From the human T2T-CHM13v2.0 reference genome, Homo sapiens: a stretch of DNA of 64,000 nt. The translations under genes were made by a program, and so were the position numbers. The stretch is taken from NCBI RefSeq assembly GCF_009914755.1, contig NC_060947.1. One strand, 5' to 3'. Below the pieces are notes generated by a model, which was not told where the DNA came from, did not search any database, and saw only the letters and a list, made by a program, of their open reading frames with translations. Positions within the stretch are counted from its first letter, which is position 1. Each line of letters starts with the position of its first letter. Of the stretch, positions 22,930 to 36,080 are shown in pieces.

Positions 22930-23902
22930 TTATCACTCAGCTGATGCTGCAATAATTATGCATAACATATTACCCAAACTTAGTGGCTTAAAACAATGAG
23001 TATATTGGTCTCACTCACTTCACATTGTATCAACTGTGGATTGACTGGTTTCACCTGGGCTCACTGCCCTCTGTTTCAAAGCTGCAAGTTGCTGAGCTTA
23101 ACTCCAAATAATGGAATAGATTTAGGTCTGCTCCACTTGACTTTGAACCTCTATAATTAACTATTAACTGTCTCAAATTTTATCCTATTTGTAAGTTAAC
23201 AAGTTTCCTCTCACAGTTTCATAGATGCTGACAGAAAACATGAGACTCTTTGGGCAGTGACCAAGGACGCTATTATTTATATTACTACTACTATTATTTT
23301 ATTGTATTTTTAAATGTTCATACCAAAGCAGACAGCATGAGATTCATGTTTGCCTTAGTTTATTTTACCTGTTAAACTTTATGGAGCTTATGTGGAGGCA
23401 GGACCAGGTGGATGTTTTACACTTACTGGGTCGGTGTCATACTTGAGGAACGCTGAGCTTAGGAAATCCAAATATTTTAAAAGTGACTTCTAGCAAACCT
23501 GCTCAGCCATTACCCCAGAAAGAGCCATTATCTTTATTTTTCTGGACAGAAATCTGTTCTCTGCCTCAGAGGGAAAAGTCATCTCTAACGTCCAAGGCTG
23601 TTTTCTCTACAAACATTCAGGCAATGATATTCCAGAAAAAAGCTGTCAATGCTTTTTGCTCAGAAGAAATACAGAAATGTGAGTGATCCATGTAGAATTT
23701 TCTCCAAATATACTCTTTGGACCAATGTCTACCCAGGGTATGTTCTTCTCGTGGTAAAGTGCATGACTACATCTGTCAACCTTCCACTGGACAAAGTAAG
23801 GCATACTACTAATCCAAACTCAGTGTGGCAAGGAAATACACCCCACTCCAAATGAAAAACAGAAGAATGTACATTTGCCGAGCAATGATCCAACCTATAG
23901 TC
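22930..23902 (-). mobile_element. MLT1J/K-like MaLR LTR split by a nested LTR
   Basis: Left part 'cccaaacttagtggcttaaaacaa' and right part 'catctgtcaaccttccactggacaaagtaag...ggaaatacacccc'. Confidence 0.6.
23169..23710 (-). mobile_element. MER54-like ERVL LTR nested in MLT1
   Basis: The reverse complement begins tatttggagaaaattctacatgg..., resembling the MER54 5' end (tgttgggagacaattctccatgg). Internal 'gagcttaggaaatcc...agcaaacctgc'. Confidence 0.55.
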
Positions 23903-24129
23903 AAAGAATGTTGAAATTACTTAGCTTCTCTTTGATGCTAATGCTAACTGCGGTTAAAGACTATGTTTTATTCACCACTGTATTTTCCATGCACTGCCAG
24001 ATTATGTCAGTGTGTGATAAGCTTTTTTTAAATTAATGAATCAATGTCCATATCAGTATGTTCAGTATAATTAATACAAATATATAATATTTAATCATTA
24101 TTACTGCAGTTGCAACATGGTACTTAAAA

Positions 24130-24400
24130 GACATTACAAGAATGTGGTCCCTGGAGCTATATTTTCAGTGTTCTAATCCTGTATGGCACTTTACCTGGCA
24201 AATTACTCACCCTTTATGTATTAGGTTGTGGCAAAAACCACAATTACTTTTGAACCAACCTAATTCCTTATCAGTAAACAGGGGCTAAATATAGTACCCA
24301 CCTCATAGAGTTGTTATGAGCATCAATTGAATTAATAAATAAAAGGCACTTAGAACAGGTGGGACAATATATCAATTGCCATGAGTATTGGGTATCATTA
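24130..24400 (+). mobile_element. MIR element hosting a MADE1
   Basis: 'cagtaaaacaggggctaaatatagtacccacctcatagagttgttatgag...aggcacttagaacag'. Confidence 0.7.
24221..24263. mobile_element. MADE1 (Hsmar1-derived MITE), internally deleted
   Basis: ttaggttg|tggcaaaaaccacaattacttttgaaccaacctaa retains the mariner ITR ends and is preceded by TA. Confidence 0.8.
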
Positions 24401-26529
24401 TTACCAGGCATATTGTTAGGAAATTTACATGTATGAATCCTAATTCTTATAATAACCTATGAGATTGGTATTATGTCTATTTTACATATAAAGTCATTAA
24501 CTCCTGAATTATTTAGCAATTAACTAAAATTAATATCTCCTTCTACTACCAATAATCCATTATTTCAATTAAGCTAGAACTATTATATCTATACAAGATA
24601 GATATTCAAGGGTGAATTTTGAATATTTATAAGATAACTAAATAGGCTATCAATATTTACTCTATTTCACGATTTTAGAATCTTCTTATAAAATTATGAA
24701 TTCCCCATCTAAACAGGGAAGATATCAATAATAATAATTATAGTGATAATCATGATTATAACAACACTGAAATTTTTGAAAATAACAGAAAATAACCTCT
24801 GTTTTGAGGAGTTTAATGTGTCTTTTTGGATTAGTGAAATATATATGCATATATTCACTGAGATTTTTCTCTAGAATATTGGCAATCTTTTACAGTTTCA
24901 AAATGCTTTACCATGGATTTTAATTTTGATAATATAAGGTGATCATCAAGTTAATAGTTTTTTTTTTTAATTTAGTACGTAGGACCTATTTTAGCTCTCA
25001 CTTTCCAAGTGAACGTGTAGGCACGTTCCTCATTAATGGATTTGCCTATCAAAATTCCAAAACAAAAAGGTGCCTAGTGTGGGCTATTACTGAATGACTC
25101 ATACTTCTAAAATCTGTCATGTTTTTTTCCTACTCACCACCTAAATAGATTATAACTCTTCCTCTAACATGAGTGCGCTCTTACTGTTGACCTTAATAGA
25201 TCTTGATTTCCTACTATGCTTTTTTGTGCACTATTTTTTGTGTGTTAGTGTGCATTTCATTAGGGCTGTTTTTGTATCTCTCTCTGTTAATTAGTTAGTG
25301 ACTAAGATAGTAAGAGATTCCTTTTGGGAGGATTTTATCTATCAGGCCTCACAGAAACAATATTCATTTCATTTTATAGCTAAAACCTTTCACAATGGAA
25401 GAGCTAAATAAAATCTGTAACAACTAATTATCTCTACCACAAAATTATTTACATTTTTTCACTAAAATACACACTATAAACACTACCATAAAAACACGTT
25501 ACCGTATTATTTCAAACTTTTCTTTAATCTATAACATACTTTGTTTCATATATGATTATTTTGTAAATTTTGACCATCATGTCTTCATGGTGTTGCATAT
25601 TTTATCAATAAAAGTAATCCCATCCAATGTTTCTGAACTTAAATTTAACTTTCTTGAATCTGAATTCTTACCATATCCATTTTGTTTTTATTTTTCTGCT
25701 GTTCAGATTAAAATTTTTTCAATTATAATAAATGTGCTTATGATAATTCAAACAGTAAAGGTATATATATTACAAATTGTCTCTCTTTTGATCCTTTGTT
25801 ATTCATGTATCAAAGTCAATATTAATAATTTATTCTGGTTCCTGGTATAATTTTTCTATTATTACGTGAAACATATACATTTGCAAAAGTTTTTGTTTCC
25901 TTATTAAAATTCCGGTATTTGAAATACTTGGTAATCTATACATTCTTTCTTTGCTTAATAAAAAAAAAAGACTTCTAGCAAAAATTTGTAGTTCCAATTC
26001 ATTCTTTTATATAATAACCAGAAAGAGTTTATGATTATGATTATGATTATTATTATTATTTGCTTTCTCAAGTAATGGAAAGCATTTTGCAGGAGGCCTC
26101 TACTAACTAGTGTAATTAAATATCTGTGTGTTGTTCCCTTGCTTACTAGGGAGATTAAGTCACTTTTGGGAGGGGCATGATTTAGTTTCCTTCTCCTATT
26201 CAAGTCCTTCCTCCATATTTTTTGTTGCTTATTTATATATATTCTTTATGTATTCTGTATTACAGCTTGTGTTTCATATGTTTTGCATGTATCTCTTCCT
26301 ATCTGTCACTCATCGTAACTTTTTTTTAATTATATACACATTATATATTTTGATGCAGTAGATTTTACGTAAGTCGCCTTTGTAGCTTTTGATTTTTCAT
26401 TATTTTGAAAGGTTTTTATATTAATATAGTTAAATTTGCCAATCTTTCTGTATTGTAATTATTTTATGTTTAATTAGGAAATTATTTCCCAATCTTAAAA
26501 TTATAAAGTTATCTCACTTTTTGTCTCAG

Positions 26530-27035
26530 TGTTTTTTAATTTTTAATTTTTGTGGGTACATAGTAGGTGTACATATTTATGAGGTGCATGAGATGTTTTG
26601 ATACAGGCATGCAATGTGAAATAAGCACATCATGGACAATGGGGTATCCATCCCCTCAGGCATTTATCCTTTGTATTACAAAAAATCTAATTACACTCTT
26701 TTTTGATTTTAAAATGTACAATTAAGTTGTTCTTGACTACAGCTACACTGTTGTGCTATCAAATAGTAGGTCTTAGTCGTTCTTTCTAAATATTTTTTTT
26801 GTACTCATTAACAATTCCCACCTCCCATCCCTGGCCTCCACTACCATTCCTGGCCTATGGTAACCATCCTTGTACTCACTATGTCCACGATTTCAATTGT
26901 TTTGATTTTTAGATCCCACAAATAAGTGAGAACATATGATGTTTGTTTTTCTGTGTCTGGCTTACTTCACTTAACATAATGATCCCCAGTTCCATCATGC
27001 TGTTGCAAATGACCGGATCTCATTATTTTTTTATA
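26530..27035 (-). mobile_element. L1MA2-like 3' end
   Basis: 'tttgtgggtacatagtaggtgtacatatttatgaggtgcatgagatgttttgatacaggcatgcaatgtgaaataagcacatc'. Confidence 0.85.
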
Positions 27036-29659
27036 ATAGTTTTGATTTTTTTTACATTTATCTTATTAATCTACCTGACATGCATGGAAAGTCAGCTGTC
27101 TTAGTTTCATTACTTGAATAGTTTATTCTTCCCCGTTGATATATCTTCCTATACAACCACCTTCCCAAACATGCTTGGGACATGCTTTCCTTTTGTTTTT
27201 TATTGATTTATTTGCCTATTTTCCCATAACACCTGTTTTGATTATTTTATATTTTATTAAGATAATGTCTGATCTTCTTTAGAGTTATCTTATTTCTTTT
27301 AGGATCCTATATATTCCACCTTAATAATAGAAGTAATTTTATTGTACCACAAAAACAAGCTGTTTGGATTTTATTGGAATTAGGTTTAATTTATGGATTT
27401 GTTTGAAAGAAAACTGACACTTGAAAATGTTCTGTCGTTTCTTTCTTTGTTTTCTAGTACTGCCAAATACTTCTATTTGATGCAGCTTTGTCTTTCCTCT
27501 AGAATTTAGGGAAAGAAAGGGTAGAGCGACTGAAGTTTTTGTCTTAAAACTAGATTTCTAAAAATATAGAATCCATTGTTTTTCAGTCACATAGCTTTTG
27601 TCACAGGATAACATATACAATGAACACTTAACCAAAGTTTGTGAATGTAAGTTTGAATTATGGACAACTATATTCCAACTATGTTCCCTTACAGTCCACT
27701 CCAAATATAGTTGGCCTCTATGGATGTGATGCCCACAGGCAGCTTGAAAGTTCTGCAGATATACCTGTGACTCATGTCTTTCCAGATGAAATCCTAGAAT
27801 ATCAACATTTAAACATAGTTTAAACACAGGACTTCAGTACCTGAGATTTCATAAGTCTTCATTCTAGGACCCAGCACTGTAGCTCAGGACCATCTTCTTA
27901 CATGGCAATTATACCTCTGAGGTTTTTAACCATTGATGCTTTTTAAAAATCATTGCATACAAGAATTCTAGGATACCTGGTAAATAAGAAAAGAGACAAA
28001 ATGGGAGAAGTCTTATTTGGAGAAGAGGAAGAGATCCACTTAGAAAAGAGTGTTTGCATAGGGTAAATGTAGGATTAGGGGAGGAGACGATGCACAATTT
28101 GGAGGAATAGCATGGTGCAGGATTTGTTGTCTTGGTGGTGGTTGGGTACCTGGCTAATGTGCAGAGAGTGACTGAATAGTGGCAAAAGCAAGCTTAGTCC
28201 CCTTTCATAGGTTGCATGGATCATATGTATCCCAGTCAACTACAATAGCTAAATCTTGAGCAGCCAGTTGATGGCTACGCATCTGTGTCTTTGGCAAGCA
28301 CAATGAGGTAAGGGATATGGGAGAAGTCAACTGCAAGCTTGGTAGGAAAGGAAGTGGAAGCCATATAACTTCTCAGTACATTATTTTCACTCAAAATTTT
28401 AGAAATATACCATTCGCATCTATTTAAAAGCCTACATGCCACATGCTCACTATGGACACTGAGGGAGTATTTAAAATTATGAGTGGGGCATTTAGGTAGG
28501 TGGAGTGCCAAATCTCCAACATGAATTTGAATGTAGCATTGGCCTTAGTACTTCTGTTGAAAACATGTGCTGAGAAAGTTAATCTCCAAATATCATCAGT
28601 ATTGATTTCTAATGTTGGCACAAAATCCTTTTCTGACTTTAGGTGAGTGAAGAAAGTAAAGCAGTTATTTTGTCCTTTCAATAAATGACTGAACTTTATC
28701 CCTTCATGTTGTGCTCACATCAAAATTTGTTGAATTTGCCTCTTGGCAGACAGGGAGAAGGAGGAACTCAAGGCCTGTGTAGCAGTTTCTCAGTTTGATA
28801 ATGGCAACATTCCATCAGCAGGCAACGTGGTCTGTCTCCTGAAACTGTGCATCTGTAACATGGCAGCCTGTGACATCCTGCCACTTTAATCCTTTTATTC
28901 CTGCTGTCAGTTTACATTTCATAAACATTTAATGATATTGCAAAAATCTATTATAGAAACTGTAACCGTTATTGTAAAATATACATCAATTTGAAAACTC
29001 GTTTAATTATTTTTATTCCCAAAAGAGACAACAGAACACGTTGGAAAGATTTCCCACTAGAAAAAATTAATTTAATCTCTTCTAATGGGCATCAATGAAG
29101 AAACTGTTTTGCCTAATTCACAGGTATGTAATTTCCTTTCAATTTTCTTCCTCTCAGTTTTTGTTGGCAACTTAGGTCTGAGAAAGACAGAAGTCCCCCA
29201 ACAATACTGATTGAAAAAAATCACCTGTAGGATTGTCATGAGGTTCTCCCTGCTGGGCTCTGCTCTTTGTTTTCTGTTACCCTCTAGGTAGGTGCTTCAT
29301 GAACACCTTTCTGTGGTTACTTTTTACTGTCTCACTAAAACTGTTTTCATCCATACTTCTTAGAAAAGGAGAATAACTTGATGCTGTCTGTCTGATTGTA
29401 AAATATTTGCTGGGAAAGCAATGCAAAGAAGATAAAGAGGGAGTTTCCTGCTGCAGGGCTACAACCACTGAAAATCAAATTTCCTAAGGTTTCTTTGTTC
29501 TTATAGTGAATTGGATTGTAATTTGCTGTGCCTTAAGCACTTTGCTATGTCCTAGATATCACATTTGAAATGTTCATCTTCCGGGGTAGTTTCACATGGT
29601 TTCTGAGATTAGTTAATTAAGATGAGTCGAATGTTATTCGATGATTAAAATAGTATCAC

Positions 29660-29900
29660 AAACAAGGACAGTTGTTTATCATGTCCCATGCATTGTGCTT
29701 CGCATTGAACATGCATTAGATTATTTAACCTTCACACAATACTATGAGGATTACATTATGACTGTTTATTCTTTGATGGCAAATGTACAAACTGAACCTC
29801 AAAGATGCTATGAAACTTATCCAGGGTCACACAGCTAGTGCATTTGGGGTATAGTTCAAACTCAAGGAATATGACTTCTCTCTGTGCTCTTAACCTCATG
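29660..29900 (-). mobile_element. MIR fragment
   Basis: 'tttaaccttcacacaatactatgagg...aactgaacctcaaagatg...cagggtcacacagctagt'. Confidence 0.65.
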
Positions 29901-30686
29901 AATACAGTCTCCAGTGCACAATGACCAAGTGTGTTCATCTTACAAACTGTCAGAGAATCTGTGACAGATTTCTAACACTAGGTGAACTGAAGTATTTAAT
30001 GAGTGAATTAATTATTTCCTTCAACAGACATTTATTAGGTTACTCTGTGCCCAGCACTGCTCTGGGCACAAGAGATACAGCTGCAAACAAGTCAGAGAAA
30101 GAATCTGTAGCTATGGAGATTGTATTATTGCAGATGGATGAGAAAATGACAATTCCCCCAGTTTACCTTGTGCATTCGCTGGAATGTTAGTGACATTTTC
30201 ATGAATCAACGAGTGATTTGAATACTGCAAATTCAGGCTGCAAGAATCAGTGCTTTAAGCATTAATTTTACTTGTCATTGGGACAAGAGTCGTGTCTTAT
30301 TTGTGTGGCATTTTCCTCCATGAGCACAGCACCTTGATAAGTAGTCACTAGTGGTTCCTCAAAAATATTTATTAAATGATAGAGTGTTATGAGCTTTAAA
30401 AATTATATGCTACTTTCTGATTTTAAAAAGAGAAGAGGGCAATTTGTTATTTTAAGTACCATGTCTAATTCTTAATAATGGGCCATGTGCTTTCTGAGTA
30501 ATTTGACTTCCTAGCCTTGATCAGGAAAGTGGAATTTCAAAGCAGTATTATGTATAAACAAATGCTGGATTAATAAAGGTGTCCAAATACTTTCTATTAA
30601 ATAAATACTATAGTTTTAGCTTTTTAAAAGGGCCTTAAAGTGGATGTGAGAACACAGTCTCAGTTTTCAAGGGTATAGACATTTGG

Positions 30687-30689
<3 letters not shown>

Positions 30690-30720
<31 letters not shown>
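30690..30720 (+). repeat. Poly(A)31 run
   Basis: 31 uninterrupted A with no attached Alu or L1 body. Confidence 0.95.
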
Positions 30721-30721
<1 letters not shown>

Positions 30722-31295
30722 AACTGGAGATAGGTATTCCTCTAATTCTGCAGAGATCTCCAAAAGGATCAGCCATTAAAGAAATAGAAAACCGTCTCTT
30801 GCCTTCTTATAAATGTGGAAATGGTAGCAAAGGCAGAACCAGCATCTAGACACAGTCTGAAGCCAGCTGGTTGTTCCCTCAGTGAATTAATTCATTCTTT
30901 ACTTCATTCAATACACTGACCTGAGTGTGTGCTCATAAGCAGTCGTAGACCTTGTCCTAAAGGAGTATATTTTCTGGATAAGATGGCCTGTGTATATTTG
31001 GCTGAGGAAGTTTCAGAGCAAATATTTCAGAGTGCAACGAAGACTGAGGGAGCAGCAACTAACTACATGGGGCAGGGAGGAGGAGGGAAGTCTGGAAAGG
31101 AGATTGCATTGGAGGGCCACAAAATAGAAAGGATCCTAACTAGACCCAGCAGGCTCTTTATATTGTTCTGATTCCTCTTAAGAAATGCAACTTGTTGTAC
31201 TCAGACATAAATGAATGTTACAATTTTAATCACCAGGAATCAGTGTTATCAGGATTATATGGAGGAAAAAAAAACAGAAAACAAGTGTGCCTTAA

Positions 31296-31783
<488 letters not shown>

Positions 31784-34007
31784 TGATAATTGTATGAAAC
31801 TCAGATACAAGGGTTTCAACCTGTAACAGCATGTCAGAAGCCACTCCTGGCTTCTCTTGGGACTTTATGTAACCTCTAACATTGCATCTATATTCAGTTT
31901 ATTCCTCCAAAATGTGATGCAATTCCAGTTAAAGTAACCAGATAGGCTTGTGTAATATTAAGCTATAAGAGTTTTCAAAGACAATGTGTTAACTATTGAT
32001 AATATTTAAACTCAATTATATTATTCCTCCTCCTTTAAACTTACATTAGAAGAGATTTTCAAGTGCCATTATATAAAATATATAAATTTACTATTTAAAA
32101 CTATATATATTTTTTGCAGACTAGCTCATGTGCCAGAGATTTTTTTTAAAGTCCTTTCTAAAATTTAACATAGCTCAAAATTTATGAAACTGAGCAAGGA
32201 TCTCTAAATAAATCCGTATTTAAACTACTCATTATTTTTGGCCTCTTAGCAAACCACTGCAATTATAATTTTAAATGCTCTTTGATTAATATAAATATAT
32301 TTTTGTTAATAATATAAGCCCTGTAGTAATTTAAACTGGAGACCTTTCTTTCCTTATGCTGAAAGCATTAATAGGAAAAGAAAATTTGATAGAAAAATAA
32401 ACCAGAATGCAGTGATGTCAGAAATCACTTCGGCTCTAATCTTCAGATCTTTTGGAATATTCAACATGAGTGATAAGGAGTGGGATTTGCAGAATAGATG
32501 GGCGTGACTCTGGGACAAGTATGAAGACACTGCTCCCTTCTTCCAAGCTTATGCTCAATGTTCATCCCTATGGAAATCTCCTTTATGCCAAATTCTTCCT
32601 GAGATCCATTGTCTCTTTTTATTTGACTCCAGATTTGAGCAACTTGTTATTCTACAGAACCCACTGTACAAATGATCTATTATTATTTTAAGTCATTGAT
32701 ATTTGGGTATTGTTACATTCTGGAAAACAAACTTGCCTATCTTGACTCATTCAATCACCTTCCTTATACAAGAGACATATTAATGTAACTGGAATTCAAG
32801 ATAAGGAAGTTTGCATTAGAAAACTAATTGAGGCTTTGGATTTCTTGAGTTGATTCCTTCCAATTTTACTGTTTTTTCCTTTCTCTATCTAAAAGTATTG
32901 TAAATTTAATAAACAGACACATTAACTCAGCCAATTGATTGCAGGATATGGAGATATTCTCACCTTCCCTCTGAGCTCACTGCCTTGAATATCAAGCCGA
33001 CTGTAAGTCTCTGTGGCAACTCCTGTAGTGTTATTTCCCTGACAGATTCTCAATAGTCTGTGAGAACGTAATCACTGGACTCATTCCAGGCATTCATGTC
33101 ATAAAATTTCTTGACAAATCTGACACTGATTGGCAGACTTGCTTGCAGCTGGAAATACGGGCCAGAACTAGAAGCACATCAGCTCAATGATTTTGCTTGA
33201 TACTTGACTTTGTGAGCAGAAAGTTATGAAAGATGCACTCACTTTACAAGGGAAAGGACACCTGCTCTACTGCTTTTCCCATCTGAAATTATTATTCAAA
33301 CTCAAAATATGCTAATCAGGAGCATAAAGGGTTTTTCTGAAGTAATATCAGAGTCCTTTTTCCAGTTGCTTTCTATAGACAGCACAGCAAGGTGCATGGC
33401 TTTTGCAGGTTAGACCATCTTAGCCTGAAGTCCTAAAGTACATTCGCTCTCGGCAGTCTCACAGATATTTGTTTGTCAATGTATGGTCTAAATTGCTTTC
33501 TGGTCCTGTGTGATTAGTGTTAGTTTTGTACATTGTCTTTTCAATGGTTACATGATCATCTTTTCTCTAATTAAATTTATACTCCTGGTATCCCAAAATG
33601 AAGGAGAGGCTGCCTGCCTACCAGTTTAGCTTTAGTGATTTTTTTATGCTTCATAATGGAGTACTTGTAGAACATAAGTTGAGAGATTTATGAGACATAT
33701 CTGTTCAATAAACTTGTATTATTTCTTCCTGGGGTCCCAAAGAAACAATTGTCTCTATATGATTAAAACTTTATATTTTCTCCTAAACCAATTGCTTCTT
33801 TTGCATTTCCTGTCTTGGTTAGTGAAACTTTCTTCCCTTCCGGTAAATGCCAGACTCTAGGCATGGACAGCTTTGAACTGTCCTGCAAGACTGCAAACTC
33901 TATTTCTCATGGCCATTGGTCATATCATTTATTGCCCTATATTACATCAATTAACATGCTTATCTTATCTTCATTATCAGACAAAAAATGAGAATTATGC
34001 CTAATTC

Positions 34008-34147
34008 ATATTTATTTATTTACTTATTTTGTAAAGATGGGATCTTTATGTTGCCCAGGCTAGTTTTGAATTTCTGGCCTCAAGTGATCCTCCTGTCTCT
34101 GCCTCCAAAAGTGCTGAGATTACAGGTGTGAGCCACTGTGCCTGGCT
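34008..34147 (-). mobile_element. FLAM/Alu monomer
   Basis: Single Alu monomer 'atgttgcccaggctagttttgaatttctggcctcaagtgatcctcc...gagccactgtgcctggc' with a (TTTA)n tail. Confidence 0.85.
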
Positions 34148-35839
34148 ATATTACTTTTTATCCTTAACAATTCTTTCAAAAGGTCTTCTATTTATATAGC
34201 AGATGATTGCTTTATGTTTGTTGAATGAATGGGTAATTTTAGATTGAGTTAGTCTGAATTTTCACTTCAGGAATACTGAGGAATTGAACTCTTAATATTA
34301 CTTTAAATGAGAATTTCCTAATATGCTATATTACTTTTAGGATATCTATGAGAGGAAAGCTGGAAAGAGATTTAAATGTAAGTACAAATCAAGGCTCTGA
34401 TAACCTTCATGAGATATACTTCTGACATTATGATGCATATTCAATATGTTCTTTGGTGTATGCTCACAAAGCAAGTACAAACTCTCTGTCTGACAATGTC
34501 ACTCCTGTTTGGGCCACCTATAATACTTGTGGGCATTGTAACAAGAGAATAAATAAAGACCCACATAACATAAATTTATGTTTTTAAAAGTTATAGATAC
34601 TGCTAATAATATGCTAAATAAAATGTGTTCTATGCTCCTACCTTGAAAAAATAACTTCCTAATCACCTCGAAGTGTAGGTTCAAATTGTGATCTCTTAGA
34701 CTCTTTGCACTTCTCAGTTAGAAGGCAGCAGCACAGAAAAAAGAACATCTTTAGGCGGATGCTACTGGTCCTCTCCCCATCTCTTCTTCCCCATTCGCAT
34801 CCTCCAACTCTGGGAAGGGACTTGCACTAATATGAACACTACTATATATAAATTAAAATTTTATTTACACTTTCCCACTAACATTTGCCACTTTGTTAGC
34901 CATTGAGCCTAGGGGTATATACACCTGAGGTAGGTCTGCACTGAGCATGATGGGCCAAGGAGGAAGCCCACAGAACCCTAGAAGTGGACTTAGGGCCATT
35001 TGAAAAGGGAATTCCTGGGACATTAATACACAGAGGGTAGGTTACAAGTGGGGTGCTAATCATCCCACTGGTAGACCCCTCAGGGAGGCTATGCCTGGGG
35101 CTGTTGTTGCTTGGGCATATGGGTAGTGTTTCTGGTTCCTAAACATCTCCCCTAAATACACTATTTAACTCTTATGAAGATATAATCACCATTTATAGCT
35201 TCATGTACATTTAAGAGAAATTAATGTTTCATCCTTGAAAAAGCTATAGTTAATGAAATTCATGAAATGAACATATGTAGACAATTCTGAATTCTTGAAA
35301 TATACAGCAGAATATGTTGCAAAAAGCTCAGGGGTGCAAATAATCAAAACTGATTGTAATCATGTGTGAAAAAGATTTATGATAGTGGATGAACGAGGAA
35401 ATAAAGAAACAAAGGACGCTGCATAAATTGTTAAAAAACAATGAGAGTATCCATGAAAAATTGAGACTAAAAAAAAAATCTTGCTGCAGAAAGCTTATAT
35501 CGGGATAGTTAAATAGACCCAATCTGTCAAAAATATCTAGTTTCCTGATGCATTAGAGAAGAAAGGGGTCTGCATCTGATAAGTTAAAATCCTTTGCCAG
35601 GAAGGCTTCCTCAAACTTCTTTTTATTTAGTTCAAAAATATTCAAAAAATTGAATTGGAGAGACTTCCACTAAAATTACCAGGAGAGCTGTAATTTTAGA
35701 ATAAATTTCTACTAATTTGTGATGGCTCTTTCAATAATAACTGTAAAAGCATACTATATGTTTCAAAATACAAATTAATTTAGTGAGAGTTAATTTTTAG
35801 GAATAATGTAGCTTTACAAAAGTTATGACTTGATGTCTG

Positions 35840-36080
35840 TGGATGGCAACTTAGAACACTGAAAAAAACCCTGGATTCAGATCTTGGCTTTAGTTGGAAT
35901 TGTAGCACTCACTAGATGTATAACATTGGGTAAGGCACTTAAACAGCATACTTTGAGAAACAATTTCTCAACATAAAATTAGGACAATGGTATCTAACAT
36001 GGTTGTTGTGAAGACTAAATGTGACTACATGTGACAATGCTTTGTAAATGGCACTGTGTGGTACCATTGTTACACACTAA
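35840..36080 (+). mobile_element. MIR fragment
   Basis: 'cactagatgtataacattgggtaaggcacttaa...ggttgttgtgaagactaaatgtga'. Confidence 0.6.

Noticed and set aside
27595-27655. Small exon-like segment 'cacag|GATAAC...GAAT|gtaagt'
   Set aside because: It is only ~40 nt, has no identifiable partner exons or recognisable peptide, and such motifs are expected by chance.
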